From Thermodesulfobacteriota bacterium (GTDB taxonomy: Bacteria; Desulfobacterota; Desulfobacteria; Desulfobacterales; C00003060), in contig JAXHVD010000021.1 in the NCBI GenBank assembly GCA_034189385.1, positions 45,141 to 74,781 on the forward strand: DNA of 29,641 bases. The letters are read 5' to 3'. Both the position numbers and the translations under genes were made by a program. The first letter of the stretch is position 1. Each line of letters opens with the position of its first letter. This document shows positions 17,181-25,952 of this stretch, piece by piece. Below the pieces are notes generated by a model. The model saw only the letters and a list, made by a program, of their open reading frames with translations, did no database searches and had not been told where the DNA came from.

Positions 17181-17918
17181 ATGAAGTGTCCAGGGCAGGA
17201 CAGCCGTTACTGGAAACCAGGGGCTATCTTCGAAGTTGAGTGCCCGAACTGCAGAAATGAAGTAGAGTTTTTCAAGGACGACACAACGCGCCTGTGCAAA
17301 AAATGCGGTCATCGATTTGTGAACCCTGAGATGGATTTTGGCTGTGCCTCCTACTGTCCCTATGCCGAGCAGTGTCTGGGCGACCTGCCTCTGGAGCTCC
17401 TGGCTGAAAGAGATGACCTCTTGAAGGACCGGGTGGCCATTGAGATGAAGCACTATTTTGGACACGATTTCAAACGGATCGGTCATGCTGCCAATGTGGC
17501 CAGATATGCTGAACATATTGTTAGGGAGGAACATGGGAACCCAGCCGTGGTCTTGTGTGCTGCCTATCTTCACGATATCGGTATCCACGAAGCTGGGCGA
17601 AGATGTAACAACACGGCAGCTCGGAACCACGAGAAAGAAGGGCCGCCCATTGCCAGGAACATTCTGGCAAAATTGGGGGCAAGGGAGGAGATCATCGAAG
17701 AAGTTTGTGACATTATCGGCCATCACCACCACCCCAGAGATGAAGAGACGCTGAATTTCAAGATTGTCTATGATGCTGACCTGATCGCCAATCTCGAGGG
17801 AGAGCAGAAGGAAAGAAAGACTGATAAAGAAAGGCTAGGGAGGATCATAGAGAAGAAAATGTTTACTCATGCGGGAAAACGTTTGGCAGATACCATCTTG
17901 TTGGGAGAAGAAAGATGA
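17181..17918 (+). CDS. HD-domain phosphohydrolase with a Cys-rich N-terminal metal-binding domain
   Basis: MKCPGQD, CPNC, CKKC, CASYCPYAEQC, then RIGH, YLHDIG, GHHHH, YDAD. Confidence 0.85.
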   Translation: MKCPGQDSRYWKPGAIFEVECPNCRNEVEFFKDDTTRLCKKCGHRFVNPEMDFGCASYCPYAEQCLGDLPLELLAERDDLLKDRVAIEMKHYFGHDFKRIGHAANVARYAEHIVREEHGNPAVVLCAAYLHDIGIHEAGRRCNNTAARNHEKEGPPIARNILAKLGAREEIIEEVCDIIGHHHHPRDEETLNFKIVYDADLIANLEGEQKERKTDKERLGRIIEKKMFTHAGKRLADTILLGEER

Positions 17919-18670
17919 AGGTAAATAGAAAGATCATAGAAATAGACGACGAACGCTGCGATGGCTGCGGCCAGTGTGTTCCTTCCTGTGCAGAAGGAGC
18001 CATCCAGATCATTGATGGAAAAGCCAGATTGGTGGCAGAGAAGTACTGTGACGGTCTCGGGGCGTGCCTGGGAGAATGTCCCACAGGGGCACTTTCCGTA
18101 GTTGAACGGGAAGCTGAGGAATTCGATGAAGAGGCTGTTGAGGAACACTTGAAATCAAAAGATCTGAAGGAGGATGCGCCAGAGATCACTCTGGCCTGTG
18201 GTTGTCCGTCAACGCAGATCCAGAGTTTCATCGCCCCACTGACACGAAAAAAGGAAACCATGCCGGTCTCGGAGCGAGACACCGATTCAGCCCTTTGCCA
18301 CTGGCCTGTTCAGATCAGGCTGGTGCCACCGACCGCCCCATTTCTGAAAGGGGCGGAGCTGTTGGTAGCAGCAGACTGCACGCCATTTGCCTATCCCAAT
18401 TTCCATCGGGATTTTATCAAAGGGCGGGTCGTTACGGTAGGCTGCCCTAAATTCGACGATATAGAGGCATACATCCAGAAGTTTGCCGATATCTTTGATA
18501 CGGCCGATATCAAGAGCATCACGGTCGTTGTAATAGAAGTGCCTTGCTGCCAGGGGCTCCCTGTGATCGTCAAGAAGGCCATGACGCTGGCAGGCAAAAA
18601 GATTCCCATAGAGCAGGTCATCATCAGCACCAGAGGCGAAGTTTCGAAAAAGGAAAAATTAGCAGCGTGA
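17915..18670 (+). CDS. Ferredoxin-domain Fe-S protein of the type often encoded beside hcp
   Basis: CDGCGQCVPSC and CDGLGACLGECP, plus CGCP, WPVQIRLVPP, AADC, GCPKFD, EVPCC. ATGA overlap with the upstream gene. Confidence 0.85.
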   Translation: MKVNRKIIEIDDERCDGCGQCVPSCAEGAIQIIDGKARLVAEKYCDGLGACLGECPTGALSVVEREAEEFDEEAVEEHLKSKDLKEDAPEITLACGCPSTQIQSFIAPLTRKKETMPVSERDTDSALCHWPVQIRLVPPTAPFLKGAELLVAADCTPFAYPNFHRDFIKGRVVTVGCPKFDDIEAYIQKFADIFDTADIKSITVVVIEVPCCQGLPVIVKKAMTLAGKKIPIEQVIISTRGEVSKKEKLAA

Positions 18671-18710
18671 AGCGTCTTTGGGGGAAGAAATCTGAAAACC
18701 AAGGAGGAGA

Positions 18711-19367
18711 ATGATGTCTGACAGACCAAAAGGAGCCATTATTCAGCGCGACAAGAAGACTTACGCTGTTGTACCCCGAACGCCTATGGGGCTGGTAACA
18801 CCGGACGTCCTTGAAAACATAGCCCACGTAGTGCGTAAGTATCAGATCCCGGTTATAAAAATTACATCAGCCCAGCGCATGGCACTGGTTGGAATAGCCC
18901 CCGAAGTCGTTGATGAGGTTTGGCGAGACCTGGGCATGGATGTGGGACCTGCCGTAGAATTGTGCGTTCATTACGTGCAAGCTTGTCCTGGCAATACTTT
19001 GTGTAAGCTGGGTGTGCAGGACTCCCTTGGGCTAGGAGGGAAACTGGAAGAGGTTTTCGTGGGTATGGATCTACCTGCAAAGGCCAAGATCGGTATATCG
19101 GGATGTCCCATGAACTGTGGCGAAAGTTATATGCGAGACTTTGGTGCCTTTGGCAAAAAGTTAGGATGGACTGTGATTTTCGGGGGTAACGCGGGCCGTA
19201 AGCCGCGGATCGGAGATGTCATTGCTGAAAACTTAAAGAGCCCAGAAGTAATCGACTTAGCCAAGAGGTGTTTTGAATACTACGCTGCCAACGGTAAGAA
19301 AAAGGAAAGGACGGCTCGATTCATCGAGCGCACCGGTATTGAAGAATTCAAGAAAGCAGTCTTTTGA
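18711..19367 (+). CDS. Small monomeric assimilatory-type siroheme sulfite/nitrite reductase (aSir/alSiR, group I Dsr-like protein)
   Basis: 218 aa. GAIIQRDKKTYAVVPRTP, KITSAQR, siroheme-[4Fe-4S] ligands CPGNTLC...GCPMNC, GWTVIFGGN. Size and motifs match what I recall of the Desulfovibrio low-molecular-weight enzyme. Confidence 0.85.
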   Translation: MMSDRPKGAIIQRDKKTYAVVPRTPMGLVTPDVLENIAHVVRKYQIPVIKITSAQRMALVGIAPEVVDEVWRDLGMDVGPAVELCVHYVQACPGNTLCKLGVQDSLGLGGKLEEVFVGMDLPAKAKIGISGCPMNCGESYMRDFGAFGKKLGWTVIFGGNAGRKPRIGDVIAENLKSPEVIDLAKRCFEYYAANGKKKERTARFIERTGIEEFKKAVF

Positions 19368-19437
19368 TAGGTAACCGTTCGCCGGTATCAGCGCGTCTAT
19401 GAGTTGCTCCTTTCGACCATCTGTCTCTCGGCAAAGG

Positions 19438-19457
19438 GTCAACGGCTGACCGTTGAC
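19438..19457. terminator. Hairpin between convergent operons, possible bidirectional terminator
   Basis: Perfect 8-bp stem GTCAACGG-CTGA-CCGTTGAC; no clear U-tract. Confidence 0.4.
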
Positions 19458-19498
19458 TGTAAACGCCATCGTTGAGGCTTTTCACGAAAGCGTCCTTC

Positions 19499-20041
19499 TC
19501 AGTGATTCTTTGTGTGTGGCCCATGGGAGCCCTTGTCGAGGTCTTCACCGCCAACAATTTCCCCGCAACGGAGCATCTCATGACCATGGTAAGGGTTTCT
19601 GACTACCTTTCCTTTCTGAAGCCATGAGGCGTTGGCCATGGAGCAGAATACGACGTATACACCTTTTGGCTTTGACATGGTGGCCCACATGGCCATGGGC
19701 CTCGAGAGCCCCTTGAAGGCCTCTCTCATGGCTTCCAGGTCTTTCCCCCTTGCAAGGTCTTGGGCAGCTTTCTTGATCTTCATGGGCACATGCCTGTAGT
19801 GGTCTTTATGCTCGCTCGTCACGGTATTGGGGTCAGCCTTGTCTGCCAAGATCACCATCTGCTCTGCTGCCCTCTCCACACCGTCCGTCTTGTCTGCTGC
19901 AAGGGCGTCGTGGATCTTCAAGTACTCCTCCAAGAGGGGGGCCATGGCCCTGTCAAACTGATCTGTCCCTCCACAAACAATGGCAGGAACAATAAGGGCA
20001 ACCAGGATCATGATTGCTGGTGTCAGTCTTACTGATTTCAT
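19499..20041 (-). CDS. Periplasmic DUF3347-domain metal-binding protein
   Basis: Signal peptide, YLKIHDALAAD, REAFKGLS, FCSMANASWLQ...NPYHGHEMLRCG. ATG 20041 follows GGAGGA. Confidence 0.8.
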   Translation of the reverse strand: MKSVRLTPAIMILVALIVPAIVCGGTDQFDRAMAPLLEEYLKIHDALAADKTDGVERAAEQMVILADKADPNTVTSEHKDHYRHVPMKIKKAAQDLARGKDLEAMREAFKGLSRPMAMWATMSKPKGVYVVFCSMANASWLQKGKVVRNPYHGHEMLRCGEIVGGEDLDKGSHGPHTKNH

Positions 20042-20118
20042 TCTGTCCTCCATTTTTTCCTGACTATACAATATGTGGCCGGATCATTTCTCACTTTGTT
20101 GACCGGCAGTCTGTCTCT

Positions 20119-23100
20119 CTACGTCTTGTCTTTCTCAACACCCTGCCATTTCCTCCACAGGAGGTATACGGCAGGAATAATAACAAGAGTGAGCACCGTG
20201 GAACTCAGAAGGCCGCCCACCATGGGGGCAGCAATCCTCTTCATCACCCTGGAACCTGTCTCGGTGATGAACATGATGGCCAACAGGGCAAAGAGATCGG
20301 TGGCAACGGTCATGAGTTTGGGCCGGACCCGCATCACGGCCCCTTCCACAATGATATCGTGAAGATCCTCGAAGGTTTTTAGCCTCCCCTCCTGTTTCCA
20401 TCGATTATAGCTTTGATCCAGATAGACGAGCATGATAACGCCTGTCTCTGCTGCAAGCCCCGCGAGGGCAATGAAGCCCACAACGACAGCAACAGACATG
20501 TTGTATCCGAGGATGAACATGAGCCACACCCCTCCGATCAATGCAAAGGGAAGGGTCACCATGACAATGAGGCTTTCTGTGATGTTCCTAAAGTGAAAGA
20601 AGAGGAGCAGAAAGATTAAGGCGATAGTCATGGGCACCACCAGAGAAAGCCTCTTGTTTGCCCGCTCCATGTATTCATACTGGCCGGACCAGGCCATGGA
20701 CACGCCGGCAGGGAGTGTGATGTTTTGGGAGAGGGTCTCTTTTGCCTTTTCCACAAACCCCCCGATGTCTTGGGTCTTGAGATCCACATAGATCCATGCC
20801 GTACGCTTGGCGTTTTCACTCTTTATGGCGGGCACCCCCTTGCGAAGATATATGTCGGCAATCTCTCCCAGGGGGATGGCATGCCCCATGGGCGAGGGGA
20901 CCGTGAGCCTTTTTATCTTCTCTACATCGTCACGCAACTCTCTTGGGTATCTCACGTTCACAGGGTAGCGCTCAAGCCCTTCCATGGTAACCGTGATGGT
21001 CATCCCTCCAAGGGCTGTTTTTATGACTCCTTGCACATCTCCAACCTTGAGACCGTATCGTGCTGCCTGCCGGCGGTTCACATCTATTTCTACATAGTTG
21101 CCGCCCACCACGCGCTCTGAAAAGACGGAACTCACCTCAGGCAGGGCACGAAGCAGGGCCTCCATCTCCTGCCCAAGGGCGGACAATTCTCCAAGGTTAG
21201 CACCCAGGAGTTTGATGCCAACGGGCGTCTTGATTCCTGTTGCAAGCATGTCGATCCTGGTCTTAATAGGCATGGTCCATGAGTTTGTTAGGCCCGGAAA
21301 CTGCACCATCCGGTCAAGCTCTCGGATAATGTCTTCAATCGTTTTGCCGTCAGGCCACTCGGACTCTGGCTTTAGAATGATATGGGTCTCCAGCATGCTG
21401 AGCGGTGCTGGGTCCGTTGCCGTGTCGGCCCTTCCCACCTTTCCAAGGACATGAGTCACTTGAGGGTGTTCCTTGATGATCTTGTCTGTCTGCTGTAGAA
21501 GGGTCCTGGCCGCGGTAATGCTGATGCCTGGCGGTGTCGTGGGCATGTAGAGAAGGTCCCCCTCATTTAGGGGAGGCATGAATTCGGATCCCAGCTTTGC
21601 AAAGGGATATAAAGATGCACCTGTTAGCATCAGCGCAATGAGTATGGTCGCCACGGGAAACTTGAGGACCAGCCTTATGACCGGTCTGTAGAGAAAGATG
21701 ACAAGGTTGTTGAGAGGGTTCTTGGACTCATTGATGATCTTTCCCTTTACGAAGTAATACATGAGCACAGGGATGATGGTGATGGCCAGGACCGCACTCA
21801 CGGCCATCGCAAAGGTTTTTGTATACGCCAGGGGCGAGAAAAGCCTTCCTTCCTGCTGTTGCAGCGTAAAGACTGGCAGAAAACTCACGGTAACGACTAA
21901 AAGGGAAAAGAACAATGCAGGCCCCACCTCTCTGGCTGCCTTTATGACCATCTCCTTGTGGGGAAGATGGGTACCTGTTTCTTTGTGCTTGTGTAGGTTT
22001 TCCACCATGACGATGGAGGCATCCACCATCACACCGATGGCAATGGCGATGCCGCCAAGGCTCATGATGTTCGCCTTGATCCCAAGAAACTTCACAAGAA
22101 TGAAGCTTAAGACGATTCCTACAGGCAAGGTAAAGATGGCCACAAAGGCACTCCTGAAATGGAGTAAGAAGACCAGAGAAACCAGAGCCACCACCAGCAT
22201 TTCCTTTAAGATGGTATTCTTGAGGGTATTCATAGCCCGCAGGATAAGGGCTGAGCGGTCATAACTGATGTGCACGCTCACCCCTTTTGGAAGCCCTGCC
22301 TCAAGCTCTTCCAGACGTGCCTTCACACGCTCAATGACCTCTAAGGCGTTTTCGCCGAACCGGATCACCACAATGCCCGAGACCGCCTCACCTTGGCCAT
22401 CCATCTCAATGACACAGCGTCTAATCTCAGGCCCTATCTGTATGTGAGCGACCTGGGAAAGAAGAATGGGGGTGTGTGTCTTTTCATCCAGCGCCACAGG
22501 AATATCCCTGAGGTCTTCAATTGTTTCTATGTATCCCTTGCTTCGTACCATGAACTCGGTCTCACCCATCTCCAGGAGTCTGCCACCTACGTCCATGTTC
22601 GATTTTTCGATAGCCATGTTGATCTGCTTCAGGCTCAACCCAAAGGCCCGCATTTTTTCAGGATCAACTTCCACCTGATACTGCCTAACAAACCCCCCTG
22701 CACTTGCTACTTCAGCCACGCCCGGGACACTCATGAGGTCATACTTGAGGTACCAGTCCTGAATGGAGCGAAGCTGGGCAAGATCATGGCGATCTGATGT
22801 GAGGGTGTATATGAAGCCCCAGCCTACACCCGTGGCATCAGGGCCGAGCTGCGGTGACACCCCCTCGGGGAGTCTGCCCGATACAAAATTAAGGTACTCC
22901 ATGACCCTGGACCGGGCCCAATATATGTCTGTGCCATCCTCAAATATGACGTAGACCAGAGAGAATCCGAAGAAGGAAAACCCCCGGACCGTCTTGGCAT
23001 AGGGCACGGAGAGCATGGCGGTGGAAAGGGGGTAGGTGACTTGATCTTCTACTACCTGCGGTGCCTGCCCTGTGTAGGGTGTATAGATAATGACCTGGAC

Positions 23101-23232
23101 GTCACTCAGGTCTGGGATGGCGTCCACGGGGGTGTTGAGGGTTGCCCACAGGCCAAGGAGAAAGGCAAGGATAGTGACAATGATCACGATGAGTCTGTTC
23201 TCCACAGACTTTTCTATGATCCACTTGACCAT
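20119..23232 (-). CDS. cusA: CusA-type heavy-metal RND efflux transporter (Cu(I)/Ag(I))
   Basis: DAIPDLSDVQVI, GPDATGVG, NIMSLGGIAIAIGVMVDA, Met triad in GSEFMPPL / PLSMLET / WTMPIK, RVRPKLMT. Start moved to ATG 23232. Confidence 0.95.
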   Translation of the reverse strand: MVKWIIEKSVENRLIVIIVTILAFLLGLWATLNTPVDAIPDLSDVQVIIYTPYTGQAPQVVEDQVTYPLSTAMLSVPYAKTVRGFSFFGFSLVYVIFEDGTDIYWARSRVMEYLNFVSGRLPEGVSPQLGPDATGVGWGFIYTLTSDRHDLAQLRSIQDWYLKYDLMSVPGVAEVASAGGFVRQYQVEVDPEKMRAFGLSLKQINMAIEKSNMDVGGRLLEMGETEFMVRSKGYIETIEDLRDIPVALDEKTHTPILLSQVAHIQIGPEIRRCVIEMDGQGEAVSGIVVIRFGENALEVIERVKARLEELEAGLPKGVSVHISYDRSALILRAMNTLKNTILKEMLVVALVSLVFLLHFRSAFVAIFTLPVGIVLSFILVKFLGIKANIMSLGGIAIAIGVMVDASIVMVENLHKHKETGTHLPHKEMVIKAAREVGPALFFSLLVVTVSFLPVFTLQQQEGRLFSPLAYTKTFAMAVSAVLAITIIPVLMYYFVKGKIINESKNPLNNLVIFLYRPVIRLVLKFPVATILIALMLTGASLYPFAKLGSEFMPPLNEGDLLYMPTTPPGISITAARTLLQQTDKIIKEHPQVTHVLGKVGRADTATDPAPLSMLETHIILKPESEWPDGKTIEDIIRELDRMVQFPGLTNSWTMPIKTRIDMLATGIKTPVGIKLLGANLGELSALGQEMEALLRALPEVSSVFSERVVGGNYVEIDVNRRQAARYGLKVGDVQGVIKTALGGMTITVTMEGLERYPVNVRYPRELRDDVEKIKRLTVPSPMGHAIPLGEIADIYLRKGVPAIKSENAKRTAWIYVDLKTQDIGGFVEKAKETLSQNITLPAGVSMAWSGQYEYMERANKRLSLVVPMTIALIFLLLFFHFRNITESLIVMVTLPFALIGGVWLMFILGYNMSVAVVVGFIALAGLAAETGVIMLVYLDQSYNRWKQEGRLKTFEDLHDIIVEGAVMRVRPKLMTVATDLFALLAIMFITETGSRVMKRIAAPMVGGLLSSTVLTLVIIPAVYLLWRKWQGVEKDKT

Positions 23233-23243
23233 CCTTTTCTCAC

Positions 23244-24638
23244 CTATTCTTTCACCCTGACCAAATCCATGCCGCAGATAGGACACTGTCCAGGGGCTTC
23301 TTGAACAATCTGGGGGTGCATGGGGCAGGTGTATAGGGTTTTTTCCTTGTCCTCGTCTTCATGGATATGTGTATGTGCCCCAGGTGCGCCTGTACCAGAT
23401 TGAAGCTGGGTTTCACGAAACTTCTTGACCGCCTCCTGGAGCTGGCTTTCAGAGTCAAGTAAGAATTGACCGCTTGTGACCACCGTTTCGCCCTCCTCCA
23501 GGCCGGACGTGATTTCCGTCACATAGTTGTCACCGACGAGGCCTGTTTCCACTTCCTTTGCCTCGTACCTGCCTGGCCTCTCTGTAACAAAGACCATTTT
23601 CCTGTTTCCTGTGTGGATGATCGATTCCGAGGGGATGATGAGCCTTTCGTCGTCTGAATGGCCATAGATGAGCATCCCTGCAATCATGCCCGGCTTGAGT
23701 TCCATGGTGGGGTTTTCCAACTCAACCCGCACCGTGAGGGTCCTTGTCTTAAAGTTAAGGGTAGGATAGATGTAGGAAATCTTTCCTTTGTAACCACTCA
23801 GTCCCGGAATGGAAAAGTCAATCTCTACATGGGCTCCTTCCCTCGCCCACGGTGCATCGAAGTCGTACACCTCTGCTTTCAGCCATACCTTTTCAAGGTT
23901 AATGATCCTGTAGATGTCTTTGCCGGCTGTTATACGGGACCCTTCTACGACAGTGACACTCTCTATAAACCCTGGCGCAGGAGCGGCAACAGTAATGAGG
24001 CGCCTTGGTTTCCTCTCTTCACTGATCCTCTTTATATGCCAATCAGGGATATCCCAAAGCCTCAGTCTCCTTCTTGCTGATTGCGTGACGCTGTGACCTT
24101 CACCGTAGTTCTTCAAGGCAAGGATGTATTCCTCTTGGGCTGAAAAGACTTCAGGGGAATAGACCCCAAAAAGCCTGTCCCCTTTCTTGACATAGGCTCC
24201 CTGTTTATCGGCCCATATCCTTTCTGCCCATCCGGAGAACTTGAGGTTCACTACGGCATAGGCGTCGTCTGGGGTCTCCACCCTGCCGAATGTCCGTATG
24301 TGGCGATGGACGACACCCTTCTTGACGGTGTCGACCCGCACCGCCATGTTCTGCACTGTGACAGGGTCAATTGCAATGATTCCCTCCCGGTCACGCTTCT
24401 CTTTCCCTTGGGGGAGGCCTTTTTGTGGCACAAGATCCATGCCGCAGATAGGGCATTGTCCCGGAGATTCCTGCACGATCTGAGGATGCATTGGGCAGGT
24501 GAACAACGTTTGCCCTCGTTGGTCATGGTTGCTGGCATGAACCATATCAAGACGATTCAAAGGAACATGGACACTCAGTAGGGCAACTGACCCTGACACC
24601 AAGCAAGTCATGAGTATGAGAGTGATATACTTCTTCAT
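23244..24638 (-). CDS. cusB: CusB-type RND periplasmic adaptor with heavy-metal-binding domains at both ends
   Basis: YSPE...AQEEY, IYPTL...TRT..VR, LKPGM, SGQFLLDSES. Two TCPMHPQIVQExPGQCPICGMDLV motifs. Confidence 0.92.
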   Translation of the reverse strand: MKKYITLILMTCLVSGSVALLSVHVPLNRLDMVHASNHDQRGQTLFTCPMHPQIVQESPGQCPICGMDLVPQKGLPQGKEKRDREGIIAIDPVTVQNMAVRVDTVKKGVVHRHIRTFGRVETPDDAYAVVNLKFSGWAERIWADKQGAYVKKGDRLFGVYSPEVFSAQEEYILALKNYGEGHSVTQSARRRLRLWDIPDWHIKRISEERKPRRLITVAAPAPGFIESVTVVEGSRITAGKDIYRIINLEKVWLKAEVYDFDAPWAREGAHVEIDFSIPGLSGYKGKISYIYPTLNFKTRTLTVRVELENPTMELKPGMIAGMLIYGHSDDERLIIPSESIIHTGNRKMVFVTERPGRYEAKEVETGLVGDNYVTEITSGLEEGETVVTSGQFLLDSESQLQEAVKKFRETQLQSGTGAPGAHTHIHEDEDKEKTLYTCPMHPQIVQEAPGQCPICGMDLVRVKE

Positions 24639-25921
24639 AATGACTCCTCTGTTTGAGTGTCGGGAGATGCTCCGACGAGTCGCTCGATTTCAAGAGACAT
24701 CAAGACAGTTTCGGCTCGGGCCATGAGCACAGCTTTCTCGAAATCAAGCAACTGCACCTCTGCCTGATAGAGAGAACTGAATTCCGTCCTGCCTACCTTC
24801 CACGCTGACAGGGCAGCTTCCAGCGTGGACTCCGCGCCTGGAATCAGCTGCTGATGATAGGTGACAACCTTGTTGCAGCTCCTTTCCCACTTTGAAAGGC
24901 TCTTCTCTATCTCGAAAGAGACCTTGTCGAGCATCAGGTTGTACTTCTCTTCAGAAGCCAGGGCATGGGCCAGATGGGCCTTTCTCTTGGCGTTGTATCT
25001 GTCCTTGTAGTCCACGGGAATGGGCACACTCACCCCGACTGAGAAGAAATCGTCTCCTTTGTCCGCCCCCACTTCCTTCCTGATCCTGTAACCCGTCCAA
25101 AGGGTAATATCAGGGCGCCCTTCGTAGCCTTCCTTCTCGGCAGCGAGGCGTTCAACATCAGCCTTCTTCTTCCAAAACTTCAGAAGTTGGCGTTCCTTTC
25201 TCGCCATCTCAATGAGCTCATTCAACGTTGAGGTGCATGCTATGAGGGGAATCTTTTCACCAGTTATCAGTGGAGCACTCATATCCCGATGAAGGGCACT
25301 GTTTATCATGGCACTTAGTTCTCGCTCTCTCTGTTTGAGGTCCTGTATTTCATCCGTGAGTTTTTCTTTCAGCACCTGGAGCTTCAGAATGTCTTGCTGG
25401 TTCGCTTCGCCTGAAGCATACTTTGCCTGCACCGCCTCAAGGAGACGTTCAACGGTGCTGATATGCTTGTCTCTGATGCCTGTAAGTTTTTTAACGAGGA
25501 CCAGCCTCCAGTAGAGTTGCATCACTTTCCCTTTGAGTTGGCTCTGGAGTTCCTCCAGCTCAAGGGCCTTTAAGTCTACCTGCCCTGCAGCTACGGCCTG
25601 TCTTCTGTGATTCTTTCCAGGAAAAGGAAAGGTCTGTTGAATTTTGAGTTGCACCCCGCTCATAGGGTGTTCGCCCAAAGACGGATCCTCCCATGGGATG
25701 TTGCTGTATTCCACCATGAAGACGGGATCTTTCCATACCACTGAAGCCCTCTCCTGTGCCTTCAAGGCCTCGACCTGATGTCTGAGCATAGAAATCTCAG
25801 GATTTGCTTCAAGTGCCGCGCCAGCAAGGTGCTCGGGGATGTCGAGTGCCTTTGCATCAGAGGAAAGGATTGCGGCCAGACCAACAAAAAGGACAAGGGG
25901 TAAGCGTCGCATTGTCTTCAT
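24635..25921 (-). CDS. TolC/CusC-family outer-membrane efflux protein
   Basis: Signal peptide, ALEANPEI, QTFPFPGK, AKYASG...QQD.L..QV, PDITL. ATG 25921 follows AGGAGG; ATGA overlap with cusB. Confidence 0.9.
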   Translation of the reverse strand: MKTMRRLPLVLFVGLAAILSSDAKALDIPEHLAGAALEANPEISMLRHQVEALKAQERASVVWKDPVFMVEYSNIPWEDPSLGEHPMSGVQLKIQQTFPFPGKNHRRQAVAAGQVDLKALELEELQSQLKGKVMQLYWRLVLVKKLTGIRDKHISTVERLLEAVQAKYASGEANQQDILKLQVLKEKLTDEIQDLKQRERELSAMINSALHRDMSAPLITGEKIPLIACTSTLNELIEMARKERQLLKFWKKKADVERLAAEKEGYEGRPDITLWTGYRIRKEVGADKGDDFFSVGVSVPIPVDYKDRYNAKRKAHLAHALASEEKYNLMLDKVSFEIEKSLSKWERSCNKVVTYHQQLIPGAESTLEAALSAWKVGRTEFSSLYQAEVQLLDFEKAVLMARAETVLMSLEIERLVGASPDTQTEESL

Positions 25922-25952
25922 CCCTCCTGAAATCCTGTGTTGATTCTCACAC

